DNA of 64,000 bases, taken from assembly GCA_049903315.1 (NCBI GenBank), contig JBNGBT010000012.1, positions 26,556-90,555 of the forward strand. Direction: 5' to 3'. This DNA is from Candidatus Cloacimonadota bacterium (GTDB lineage: Bacteria > Cloacimonadota > Cloacimonadia > JGIOTU-2). Every line of letters starts with the position of its first letter. Position 1 is the first letter of the stretch. Below are positions 20,575-29,962 of the stretch, in pieces. Made by a program: the position numbers and the translations under genes. A model generated the notes under the pieces. The model did not search any database. It had not been told where the DNA came from and worked only from the letters and a program-made list of their open reading frames with translations.

Positions 20575-20713
20575 ATTTCTTCCTCTACACATATGTTATT
20601 CATATGTTTAACAAAACACCGTTGCTTCCCTGTTATTTTTTTGAGTAACATAAATAACCTCGCAAGAAAATTCTATCACAGAATTATTTTGTCAATTTTA
20701 AGTAATCCTCATA

Positions 20714-20747
20714 AATAAAAAGCTCTCGAAGTTTCCTTCAAGAGCTC
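20714..20747 (-). terminator. Putative terminator after the saccharopine operon
   Basis: Minus strand GAGCTCTTGAAGGAAACTTCGAGAGCT followed by TTTATTT. Confidence 0.6.
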
Positions 20748-20773
20748 ATAAATTATTTATTAATGAAATTTTT

Positions 20774-22096
20774 TTACATGTCTTCAAACCGCTCTACACA
20801 CTCGATGTTCTGATTCTTCAGTTCATCAAGCACAGGCAGGTAAATTTCAGGATTGACAGGTATTTTCACACCTTTTTCCTGAATCTTTCCTTCAAGAATG
20901 AGTTTCACGGCAATTGCTGCCGGTAACCCAACGGTTCGTGACATCGAGGAGTCACCATTCGGAATACCGTAATCGATCATTGTCGAAGTAATATGTTGTT
21001 TTTTATCCTGAAATTCAGCAATAAATTCGTGATGAAGCACGAGCAGATCACGCTCGCCCGGTTCGTAGGTCAGCTTCTCATTGAGGGCATTGCAGAATAC
21101 ATCCATGGCTGTGCCTTTATCCAAACCAATCACCTTATCGCTGAGGAGCCCAAGCCATTCCACTCTGTACAAAGGATTTGCATCAAATGGAAGATCCCAC
21201 TGTGTGGCAAGATTCTCTTTCAGTGTCTTATGAGTTTTTTCAGTGACCAATTTTTCCATAAAATCAGCGTAGGTTAAATCCTCGAGATCATATTTCTTTT
21301 CATCATCAAGGATGCCAAGGTCAACGATCTTCTTCATCGTCGCACACCAGCCGGGATAGCGAAGCGTACCGCGGAACATCGTGTTTGTATCTTTGATGCT
21401 GTATATATCAACATAAGGAACAGAATTTCTATTTGGATAACCTTCGAGTTTACCAAACCCGGGAATTTCAACTTCCCAGTGATGGGCAAAAAGTTCCGGT
21501 CCCGGCACATCAACGATCTTGCAATTCTCCAGCCATTTCGCTGCATTCTTTCCTGCCATGACCACGCCGCGCGGACTCCAGGAGAATTTGTATCCCCACG
21601 GATTTGTATTCGCTTCCGGTGCAGGAAGTCCTCCGCAGTACGATCTGAAACTCAAAATACGTCCATTATTCTCTTTCACTCCATCGATGACCCTCATTGC
21701 AGACATGTGGTCGATACCGGGATCAACGCCGATCTCATTGAGGATGAGTACATCTGCATCACGGGCATCTTCATCGAGTTCCCGCATTGCATCGCTCACA
21801 TATGATGTCGTGACCATATGCTTGCCGTGTTTGATGCAAAGTTTTGCTACTTTCACATGATACGTATATGGCAACAAACTCACTGAGAGATCGTGCTCGG
21901 AAACAAGTTTCTCCAACATTGCATCATCAGTGACATTCAGTTCAACGGGGGTTCCATTCGGATGATTAGCGACAAGTTTTTCTGCCTTGCTCACAGTTCT
22001 GCTTGCAACAGTTACCATAAAATCTTTTTGAGCAAGGAGATAATTCACATGAGGTCTGGAGACAAGTCCAGCTCCCAAAATCAGTACTTTTTTCAT
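20774..22096 (-). CDS. Saccharopine dehydrogenase/reductase (glutamate-forming, Lys9-like)
   Basis: MKKVLILGAGLV, SLLPY, VTTSY, NEIGVDPGIDHM, SYCGGLPAP, YKFSWSPRG, YPNRNS, RGTLRY, MSRTVGLP. Confidence 0.92.
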   Translation of the reverse strand: MKKVLILGAGLVSRPHVNYLLAQKDFMVTVASRTVSKAEKLVANHPNGTPVELNVTDDAMLEKLVSEHDLSVSLLPYTYHVKVAKLCIKHGKHMVTTSYVSDAMRELDEDARDADVLILNEIGVDPGIDHMSAMRVIDGVKENNGRILSFRSYCGGLPAPEANTNPWGYKFSWSPRGVVMAGKNAAKWLENCKIVDVPGPELFAHHWEVEIPGFGKLEGYPNRNSVPYVDIYSIKDTNTMFRGTLRYPGWCATMKKIVDLGILDDEKKYDLEDLTYADFMEKLVTEKTHKTLKENLATQWDLPFDANPLYRVEWLGLLSDKVIGLDKGTAMDVFCNALNEKLTYEPGERDLLVLHHEFIAEFQDKKQHITSTMIDYGIPNGDSSMSRTVGLPAAIAVKLILEGKIQEKGVKIPVNPEIYLPVLDELKNQNIECVERFEDM

Positions 22097-22109
22097 TGAA
22101 ATATCCTTT

Positions 22110-23420
22110 CTATTCTGATAAAAATTTTTTAATAAATGTATAGTCTGAGGTAAGATTGCCATCATAGAGGATCAGAGCATGGAGAAGTTCTTTTGGAAGT
22201 TCCGTTTTATCAAGACTACCTTTTTTGTGTGCTTCTAAAAGCTGTGGAACAAAATCCACCAATGCTTCACTGAAAGAGCGGGATGCATCCTTTGGAATTT
22301 CACAGGGCAGGTTGTCACGACCCACTACAATAACACCCTTGCCTTCATTCCCGTCGACCACATCGTCTGTCATCGGATCATACATATAGGTCGGATTATC
22401 GGGCTCAGTAATCTTACTTGTGATCTCGATCGAGCCCTCGATATCGCAGCTTACATCCCCTATCACTTTGAGTTTAAACTGTTTCCCATTTTTTACAAAC
22501 TCTTTCAATGCTGCTTTCGTCACGAATTTTGGACTGCCGAGTGACCAGAAGATACAATTCATCAGAATCGTAAGATGCGGTATGTATTGCGTAAATTGAG
22601 ATGTATAATTTTCAGGATGTTTAAAATAATCATGCAATTCAAATTTTTCAGATTCATCTTTTGGTTTCACAATATCCACTTCTTTGAACACAACTTTGTA
22701 GATGTGGTTTTGGGATATTTCTTTTTGTTCTTTTAACGAGAGAAGTTCTTCAGGAGAAATTTCAATAAGCGGGAAACAATCCAGTATTTCCTGCGCACCT
22801 TTGGACACATTTCCATAACCGGTAAAACCTACTACCAGCGGACAGATCTCTTTCGGGAGATCGTTTTCTGAAATTTCTTCACCGATTTTTTTGAGTGCAC
22901 TTTTTATATCGTCGACAGATTCATATTCATATGCTTTTTTGATCTCATTAAAAGGGGTTTTGAAACCCTCATATTCAAGTCGCTGTCCGTACGCCCAGAG
23001 CGAATCGACCATACCAGCAATGCCCGCATGCCGTCCAAAAAATATCAAACGCTGCCCTTTGTCATTCTCGATCTTTTCATAATCGATCAGATTGCATTTT
23101 TGGTCAATCAACCGCTGCAGCATCGGCATGTTGTAGAGCTGCCCTTTTATCACATGGGAGAAAAACACATACGTTTTCCCAGGCAGGAAAAATGTTGCCG
23201 GCATCTCTTTCACGCCGAAAACAACGTGACATTCGGAAAGATCTTCTTGTATGATCGCTCCTGCTTTTTTGTATTCATCATCGGTAAAAACGCGAATATT
23301 GGAAGGTTGTACAAAGGTCTTTATGTCGAATTTCTCTTTCAGATATTGCACATGTTCCGGTGTGAGAGCGACTCGTCGTTCCCATTTGCTTTTATCTTCT
23401 CTTCGGATTCCTATCTTCAT
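22110..23420 (-). CDS. Lysine-ketoglutarate reductase-like protein (AlaDh/PNT fold)
   Basis: GIRREDKSKWERRVALTP, GVKE, FFSHVIKGQ, IDYE, FTGYGNVSKGA, DVSCD, DNLPCE. Confidence 0.88.
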   Translation of the reverse strand: MKIGIRREDKSKWERRVALTPEHVQYLKEKFDIKTFVQPSNIRVFTDDEYKKAGAIIQEDLSECHVVFGVKEMPATFFLPGKTYVFFSHVIKGQLYNMPMLQRLIDQKCNLIDYEKIENDKGQRLIFFGRHAGIAGMVDSLWAYGQRLEYEGFKTPFNEIKKAYEYESVDDIKSALKKIGEEISENDLPKEICPLVVGFTGYGNVSKGAQEILDCFPLIEISPEELLSLKEQKEISQNHIYKVVFKEVDIVKPKDESEKFELHDYFKHPENYTSQFTQYIPHLTILMNCIFWSLGSPKFVTKAALKEFVKNGKQFKLKVIGDVSCDIEGSIEITSKITEPDNPTYMYDPMTDDVVDGNEGKGVIVVGRDNLPCEIPKDASRSFSEALVDFVPQLLEAHKKGSLDKTELPKELLHALILYDGNLTSDYTFIKKFLSE

Positions 23421-23422
23421 AT

Positions 23423-24664
23423 TTATATCTCGTCAAATACTGATTTTATTCGCTTCAGTGCATCTCTGAGTTGATCTTCGGTAATGACCAATGGCGGAGC
23501 AAAACGAATAATATGTTCATGGGTTGGTTTGGCAAGAATGCCTTTTTCTTTCAGCTTAAGGCACACTTTCCATGCATCGATGCCGTCTTTGGGTTTGATG
23601 ACCACTGCATTGAGAAGTCCTTTTCCGCGCACGATTTCTATAAGCGTGGAGTCGATTGCTTCGAGTTCTGCACGGAATATTTTTCCCAGTCTTTCTGCAT
23701 TTTCAGTAAGTTTTTCATCTTTTATAACATTAAGAGCTGCAGTTGCCACGGCACAGGCAAGGGGAAATCCGCCAAATGTCGAACCGTGCTCACCGGGTTT
23801 GATCGTAAGCATAATATCCCTATTGGAAAGTACTGCACTCACCGGAATCACACCACCGGAAATTGCCTTGCCGAGGATCAACACATCGGGTTTAACGTTT
23901 TCATAATCACATGCGAGCAGACGACCTGTTCTACCGATGCCTGATTGTACTTCATCGGCAACGAAAAGTACATTGTATTTTTTACAAATCTCGTAGCATT
24001 TTTTTACATATCCCTCATCTGGCACAAACACGCCGGCTTCACCCTGAATGGGTTCAACAATGAATGCACATACCTCATCACCCTGCTCTTGTAAAACCTT
24101 TTCCAGCGCTTCGGTGTTATTATAGGGTATTTTAATGATGCCGGGCAGATATGGTCCGAAATTTTTTCTGCAATCGGGATCTGTTGATGCGGAGATAACT
24201 GCGAGTGTTCTACCGTGGAAATTATTTTCACAGAAAATGATCTTCGCTTTATTATCCTCGATGCCTTTTTTGACATATCCCCATCTGCGCGCAAGCTTCA
24301 TTGCAGTTTCCACGCCTTCGACACCTGTATTCATGGGCAGAACCATCTCAAATCCGAAATAATCTGTGACAAACTTCTCGTATTCACCAAGCTTATTATT
24401 AAAAAATGCGCGGGAAGTGAGAGTAAGTACTTTTGCCTGCTCGATCAAAGCATTTATGATTTTAGGATGACAATGTCCCTGGTTCACTGCGGAATACGCA
24501 GAGAGAAAATCAAAATATTTATTTCCTTCGGGATCCCACACAAACGGACCTTCACCTTTTGCGATTACGACAGGAAGCGGGTGGTAATTATGTGCTCCGT
24601 AGGTTTCTTCGAGCTCCATTGCTTTTTCGCTTGATATATTTCCGAATTCAAGTTTTGCAGCCAT
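23423..24664 (-). CDS. rocD: Ornithine--oxo-acid aminotransferase
   Basis: [61 protein letters not shown]. Confidence 0.95.
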   Translation of the reverse strand: MAAKLEFGNISSEKAMELEETYGAHNYHPLPVVIAKGEGPFVWDPEGNKYFDFLSAYSAVNQGHCHPKIINALIEQAKVLTLTSRAFFNNKLGEYEKFVTDYFGFEMVLPMNTGVEGVETAMKLARRWGYVKKGIEDNKAKIIFCENNFHGRTLAVISASTDPDCRKNFGPYLPGIIKIPYNNTEALEKVLQEQGDEVCAFIVEPIQGEAGVFVPDEGYVKKCYEICKKYNVLFVADEVQSGIGRTGRLLACDYENVKPDVLILGKAISGGVIPVSAVLSNRDIMLTIKPGEHGSTFGGFPLACAVATAALNVIKDEKLTENAERLGKIFRAELEAIDSTLIEIVRGKGLLNAVVIKPKDGIDAWKVCLKLKEKGILAKPTHEHIIRFAPPLVITEDQLRDALKRIKSVFDEI

Positions 24665-24770
24665 AGTTACTCCGTCTATTTTTTGACTCTTTGTGCTGTC
24701 TGATTATCGAATGTCAAGGATAGTGACTATTGTTGATTGCTGCATATGATTATTATTTTTTCGTATAAGA

Positions 24771-24922
24771 TTAACCACGAAAAGCACGAAAATAATTTAA
24801 ACCACAGATTAACACGGATTGAAACTAATGAGAAGAACCAACTGTCATGGATCATTCCGTGAAGGTATAATAAACTCACGCAAAGTCCGCAAAGAAATAA
24901 ATCACGCGGAGAACGCTGAGAG
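24771..24922. repeat. Cluster of short purine-rich direct-repeat units including a ~78-bp dispersed repeat
   Basis: TTAACCACGAAAAGCACGAAA; ACCACAGATTAACACGGATT; 24845-24922 resembles 37957-38034. Confidence 0.7.
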
Positions 24923-25019
24923 GTAGATAACTTTTTTAATTATTGCTTCATTGATTAGAATTTAATGGAATGACTATTTATCATATAAGATTTAGATTAG
25001 AACTTCGCGACTAATGGTA

Positions 25020-26360
25020 TTAATACTTCAAATTACTTCCACCAATAAATTCACGTAAGACTGAATGTGCAGGAACCGAAGAAGCATCTTCAATAGGAAT
25101 CACTTCCTGCAAAAATTCTCGAACCCGGCTTGCTCTTGTGAAGGCATCCTCTTTTAATGGATCACCTTTGAATTTCTCTGTCCACTCCTCGAACAGATTC
25201 AGCATCCTGCTCGCATACAAAGCGATCTCGTAAGGCATGGCACTGTTTATGATATAATCGGCAGTGTTTATGTAGGGGATTATATTTCGCAACTCACTAC
25301 TGCGCACATAATGCCAGTGCTCGAGGGTTTGCTGAGGATTATATGCCCGATGTGTGGCATCCCGAAGCATTCTGCGGATCAGGCGCAGGTCTGTCCAGCG
25401 GATGTAATGTCCTTTTTCATTCTTCATTTGTAGAAGCGGTTCGAGGTACAGCTTGAATTTTATCTCATTGGCAACATCTTTGGTCATTGCCGGAAAAAGT
25501 CCATGCAGACTGTCTATAAGCAAAATCTGATGATTGTCCAATTTCATTTTTGTCCGATTCAGATAACGAGTACCTGTTTTAAAATCATAAAAGGGAATGA
25601 CGACCTCTTTGCCTTCGCAGAGTGCGGCGATATGCTCATTTATCAAGGGCAGGTCGAGTGCCTGCGGTGTTTCAAAATCATAGTCCCCGAACTCATCTTT
25701 GGGATGCATTTCAAGATTGAAGAAGTAGTGATCAACATTAAGCGTGACAAAGCTCAATTCATGTTTTTTCAGACTCTGTTCCAGCTTGATGGTTGTCGTA
25801 GTTTTCCCTGAAGAAGACGGTCCGCTAATCATCACAAGCTTGATCTTTTCTTCGCGTTCAAGGATGAGATCTGCTGCTATGTTTACTTCATTTTCGTATG
25901 CACTTTCTGACTCATGAACGATGTGCGGGAACTCTCCATTTTCTATACGTGCATTCATTTTTGCTATTGTATTGAGATCATTTTTTGCAGCCCAATCGAG
26001 TACTTTCCAGAGCTTTGCCCAGGGAATATTTTCCGAAGGATGAGAAAGTTTTTGATTCCTCTCTTCCCGCTTCCGGTTCTGCTCGTTGCGATAAAGGATG
26101 TACTCTTTCGCAACTTCGTCGTGCCCGTTCTTAATCAGGACCTGTTCAACAATATCCTGTATATCTTCTACGTGGGGAGGATCATCATTAGAATAGTTCT
26201 TTTTAACAATTTCTACAACCTGTTTGGCGAGACCTTCAGCTGGTTTTCTGTCTCTGCCGCCCACTGCAATTGCAGCTCTATATATAGCGTTCGAAATGCG
26301 GAGAGGATTGAACCTCACCTTTGCACCGCTTCGTTTTATCACATGTGTAATTTCTGCCAT
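25020..26360 (-). CDS. ATP-cone domain fused to uridine kinase/PRK-like P-loop kinase
   Basis: VIKRSG...HVEDIQDIVEQVL...AKEYILYR ATP-cone; SGPSSSGKTT; DLRLIRRMLRD. Confidence 0.85.
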   Translation of the reverse strand: MAEITHVIKRSGAKVRFNPLRISNAIYRAAIAVGGRDRKPAEGLAKQVVEIVKKNYSNDDPPHVEDIQDIVEQVLIKNGHDEVAKEYILYRNEQNRKREERNQKLSHPSENIPWAKLWKVLDWAAKNDLNTIAKMNARIENGEFPHIVHESESAYENEVNIAADLILEREEKIKLVMISGPSSSGKTTTTIKLEQSLKKHELSFVTLNVDHYFFNLEMHPKDEFGDYDFETPQALDLPLINEHIAALCEGKEVVIPFYDFKTGTRYLNRTKMKLDNHQILLIDSLHGLFPAMTKDVANEIKFKLYLEPLLQMKNEKGHYIRWTDLRLIRRMLRDATHRAYNPQQTLEHWHYVRSSELRNIIPYINTADYIINSAMPYEIALYASRMLNLFEEWTEKFKGDPLKEDAFTRASRVREFLQEVIPIEDASSVPAHSVLREFIGGSNLKY

Positions 26361-26932
26361 TGTAACTCCTTTGTTGCGATTTTTGGAAGGTGCATATTTT
26401 TGTCAACTTGTGAATATGAGCGTATTACACGAGTCGGTCGCGAAGGGAACGACTCGGGTTAGTCCAACCCGGCTCATCTTTGCAAGCTGAGTCGTGCTTC
26501 ATTTCTGAGTAGTCAGGGACCATTCCCTGACGAAAATATGGAATGATGATTGAAGAACGCTGATTTGAGATTTTAGATGTGATGCCGTTGGAAAGGGTAG
26601 AGCGTTCTTAAGCTGTTCAAACACCTCCCGGCTAAAGCCGTACTTCTCTTAATCGAGGAGAATTACGTTGTATTTTGATTAAACGATTTATTAAAAACAA
26701 AGGATAATTCCCCTCTCTACTTGTCGCATTGTAATCCCGATGAGTCGGTAAGAAGACGGATTGGATATTCCTCTTTATTTTTCACAAAAGCAAACTCAAT
26801 AAGTTGTAATGTTTCTTCGCATAGCATCTATGATTTTTATATTATTATTGACATAAAATTCCAGTGACATTTTTCAAGCTACAAAATATTGTAAATCATG
26901 AAATTTATCAATCATCATAGTAAGGAGCTTTT

Positions 26933-27310
26933 ATGGTAAAAGATGAACTTTTATATACAGATACCCATGAATGGATCAAAATCGACGGCAAAATTGCCAC
27001 AATGGGAATCACGGATTACGCACAAAAAGAACTTGGTGATATTGTCTATGTGGAGCTTCCTGAAGTTGATAGCGAGCTTTCTGCCGGTGATATTCTGGCA
27101 ACTGTCGAAGCAGTGAAAGCTGTTGAAGAAATATACATTCCTGTGAGCGGCATCATTGTAGATGTGAACGAGCAGCTTGCAGATGCATCCGATCTTATGA
27201 ATGCCAGTCCCTATGATGAGGGCTGGATCGCAAAGTTTGAGATTTCCAGCACGGACGAACTTGAGGGTTTGATGGATGCTGATGAATACAAAAAATTAAT
27301 TGGTGAATAA
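26933..27310 (+). CDS. gcvH: Glycine cleavage system H protein
   Basis: YTDTHEW, GITDYAQKELGDIVYVELP, VEAVKAV (lipoyl Lys), PYDEGWI. Confidence 0.97.
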   Translation: MVKDELLYTDTHEWIKIDGKIATMGITDYAQKELGDIVYVELPEVDSELSAGDILATVEAVKAVEEIYIPVSGIIVDVNEQLADASDLMNASPYDEGWIAKFEISSTDELEGLMDADEYKKLIGE

Positions 27311-27340
27311 AAGAAAATAAGTTTTCCCCCTTACACGTAA

Positions 27341-27377
27341 GAAGATCCTCCGACCCCCTGGAGGGTCTTCTTTTTTT
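27341..27377 (+). terminator. Intrinsic terminator after gcvH
   Basis: GAAGATCCTCC-loop-GGAGGGTCTTC followed by TTTTTTT. Confidence 0.8.
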
Positions 27378-28629
27378 ATTTCTTCTTCTTTTCTGCCACT
27401 TTTACAAATGAATATCCCATCGACACGAGAACTCCTATGAGAATTAATGCTGCGCCCACACCAAAAGTATCAGCAAAAAATCCCATAATTGGAGACAGGA
27501 TTGCGATAAAAAGTGTTTTGAGCTGAGTCTCGACCGAGAGCCCTGTTGCCATGATCTTTGCATCGATATTTTCACTGATAAAGCCAATATTCATAGGTCT
27601 TCGCACATTTTGCAGCGCATATAAAAGGACAAATAACACGATTGCCAAAATCCGTACATCAAAATAGGTTGCAACTCCTGCAATAATAACCGCAGCCAAC
27701 CCAAACATATAACTTCGATTTATTGCTTGAGTGAGATATTTGAATTTTGCTGAGAATGGTTGTGCCTTACGTGAAGAATATGCAGTGATCAGAAAGAGAA
27801 CAAAATAGGTCACTGCGATGATGACGGTACTTCTTTTCTCTCCCCCGATACTTATAAGAAATGGAAGAGATAGCGCAAAGGTTTTCAGAATTGGTTGCAA
27901 ATAGCCCTTAACAGAATTGAATAATCCGTCAAAACTGGCAGAATTAAAAAATGCCCGAAGCAACATTGGATTCTTGAACATCGAGATGAAGTTGTGTATC
28001 GTGCTGTTAAAATTGGTCACCACTCCTTTCAAAAAAGAGGTTCGTTCAATTTTTGAAATATCTCCATTCAAATAATTCGGATAGGTCAGCATCAGAAGTA
28101 ACCCCAATACATACGGTACAACCGATGCAATGAAAACAATCCTGTAACTCTCTGCCAAGAAAACGAGTGCACCTGCGATCAGTGCAGAAATTGCAGATCC
28201 CAGCTGGGATGCTCCACGTGTATGTCCATAATAATCCACCTTGCAATCCAGGATGCAGTTGATCTTCAGATATTCGAGAATCATGGCTTTATGGGTGCCG
28301 GAACGGAATGCTTCTCCGAAAGCAAATAAAATCATTGCCAAAGCATACATTCCAAAGCTCGGAAAATAGTATATTATCAAGAATGAAAAAATATATGAAG
28401 CAAATGCAAGGACCATAGAAAGTTTGCGTCCGTAGCTATCAGCGAAAAACCCGGTAGGAATCTCAAGAATGGCTGTCGATATTTCGCGGATGGAAAAGAG
28501 TGTTCCGATCTGCAGGAAGGAAAATCCCATTTCTCTGAAAAAAAGGATAATAAAAGGGTCAAAAAATCTTAGATTCTTTAGAAATCCATAAGTGCAAAAT
28601 TTGTAATACTGCACATTTTTAGGGATCAT
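27376..28629 (-). CDS. MFS transporter
   Basis: About 12 hydrophobic segments; LEIPTGFFADSYGRK motif A; GEAFRSGT. Confidence 0.88.
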   Translation of the reverse strand: MIPKNVQYYKFCTYGFLKNLRFFDPFIILFFREMGFSFLQIGTLFSIREISTAILEIPTGFFADSYGRKLSMVLAFASYIFSFLIIYYFPSFGMYALAMILFAFGEAFRSGTHKAMILEYLKINCILDCKVDYYGHTRGASQLGSAISALIAGALVFLAESYRIVFIASVVPYVLGLLLMLTYPNYLNGDISKIERTSFLKGVVTNFNSTIHNFISMFKNPMLLRAFFNSASFDGLFNSVKGYLQPILKTFALSLPFLISIGGEKRSTVIIAVTYFVLFLITAYSSRKAQPFSAKFKYLTQAINRSYMFGLAAVIIAGVATYFDVRILAIVLFVLLYALQNVRRPMNIGFISENIDAKIMATGLSVETQLKTLFIAILSPIMGFFADTFGVGAALILIGVLVSMGYSFVKVAEKKKK

Positions 28630-28638
28630 GCTTGTAAT

Positions 28639-29232
28639 TTAGGAAGCTTTACTGGTAATTTGCTCCCAAATGAACTCCATCCGCGTATTCAATTTTTTTA
28701 ACGAACCCTTATTTATAATAACATAATCTGCGTCTTGTTCAGAGAATTCCTTCTGCGAATGTACACGTTCTTCTGCTTCTTCAAAGGAAAGATTAGAATG
28801 ATTCACCAGCCGCTCAATCCTGGTATTCCTCGGTGCAGTTACAAGGATCACATAACCGCAGAGCTCATTCATATTCCATTGTAAAAGCAGCGCTGCATCG
28901 ATCGTAATCATCGGTTCGGTATTATGCTCTATCCTTGCTAAAATTTCTTTAATAAGAGACGGGTGCACAATAGCATTGAGTTCATGGAGTTTCTGCGAGT
29001 CATGAAAAACAATCTTCCCGAGTTTTTTTCTGTCTATTTCCCCATCCTTTAAAATTGAATCTCCAAAACACTTAATTATCTGATTCTTAATTTTCTCATT
29101 CCGCAATATCTCATGCCCAATTTTGTCCGCATTGATAACAGGAACACCTTTATGTATAAAAAACTCCGCAACAATGGATTTACCTGAAGCGATTGGACCT
29201 GTAATTCCGATAATCTTTTTATTCGAATTCAT
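28639..29232 (-). CDS. coaE: Dephospho-CoA kinase
   Basis: IGITGPIASGKS, ADKIGH, IDRKKLG, LNAIVHP. Confidence 0.93.
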   Translation of the reverse strand: MNSNKKIIGITGPIASGKSIVAEFFIHKGVPVINADKIGHEILRNEKIKNQIIKCFGDSILKDGEIDRKKLGKIVFHDSQKLHELNAIVHPSLIKEILARIEHNTEPMITIDAALLLQWNMNELCGYVILVTAPRNTRIERLVNHSNLSFEEAEERVHSQKEFSEQDADYVIINKGSLKKLNTRMEFIWEQITSKAS

Positions 29233-29962
29233 CCATTAAAGTCTGGGTAAGTATATCAATAGAAACATTAGATTTTATAGAGCCGTTTTTGGCAGTTGAG
29301 ATTTTTCCTGTCTCTTCGGAAACAACTATTACGAAGGCATCGGTCTGCTCGGAAATCCCTATCGCTGCCTGGTGGCGGGTACCGTATTTTTGAACATATT
29401 TTGTTTGATTAGTAAGCGGCAGAATAACCTTTGCGGCGACAATTTTATTGTCTTTGATAACCATTGCTCCATCATGAAGTACAGTCCTGGTATTAAAAAT
29501 AGTGAGTATAAGTTTTTCGGATATTTCTGCATTAATAATTTCACCAGTTACAATATAGTCATCCAGACCCACCTTTTCCACGAGCACAAAAATACCGCCT
29601 ATTCTGCTGTATGACATAGCGCGGATTGCATTGAGCAGCTCAGTGAAACGATACTCAGACTTCTGGGGAAACAGTGATCTTATAAATGGTTTCTGCCCGA
29701 ATTTAATAAGCGCAGAACGAATCTCCGGCTGGAAAAGCACGACCAGTGAGATCGCCCAGATATCACGAATAATACGGACTGCAGAACCAAGAAGTGTCAG
29801 GTTAAGAAGCTCGGCGACAAAATAGATGATCACAACAAGAATCAGCCCCCACACGATCTGATATGTCTTAGATCCGTGTACAAGGAGTATTATCCTATAG
29901 ATTATATAGGCGACAATTAAAATGTCTAAAACATCAAGGATATTGGGTACAAGAAAGCTCAT
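29219..29962 (-). CDS. dacA: Diadenylate cyclase (CdaA/DacA type)
   Basis: Three N-terminal TM helices, FQPEIR, LHDGA, GTRHQAA, VSEETG. Confidence 0.92.
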   Translation of the reverse strand: MSFLVPNILDVLDILIVAYIIYRIILLVHGSKTYQIVWGLILVVIIYFVAELLNLTLLGSAVRIIRDIWAISLVVLFQPEIRSALIKFGQKPFIRSLFPQKSEYRFTELLNAIRAMSYSRIGGIFVLVEKVGLDDYIVTGEIINAEISEKLILTIFNTRTVLHDGAMVIKDNKIVAAKVILPLTNQTKYVQKYGTRHQAAIGISEQTDAFVIVVSEETGKISTAKNGSIKSNVSIDILTQTLMDEFE

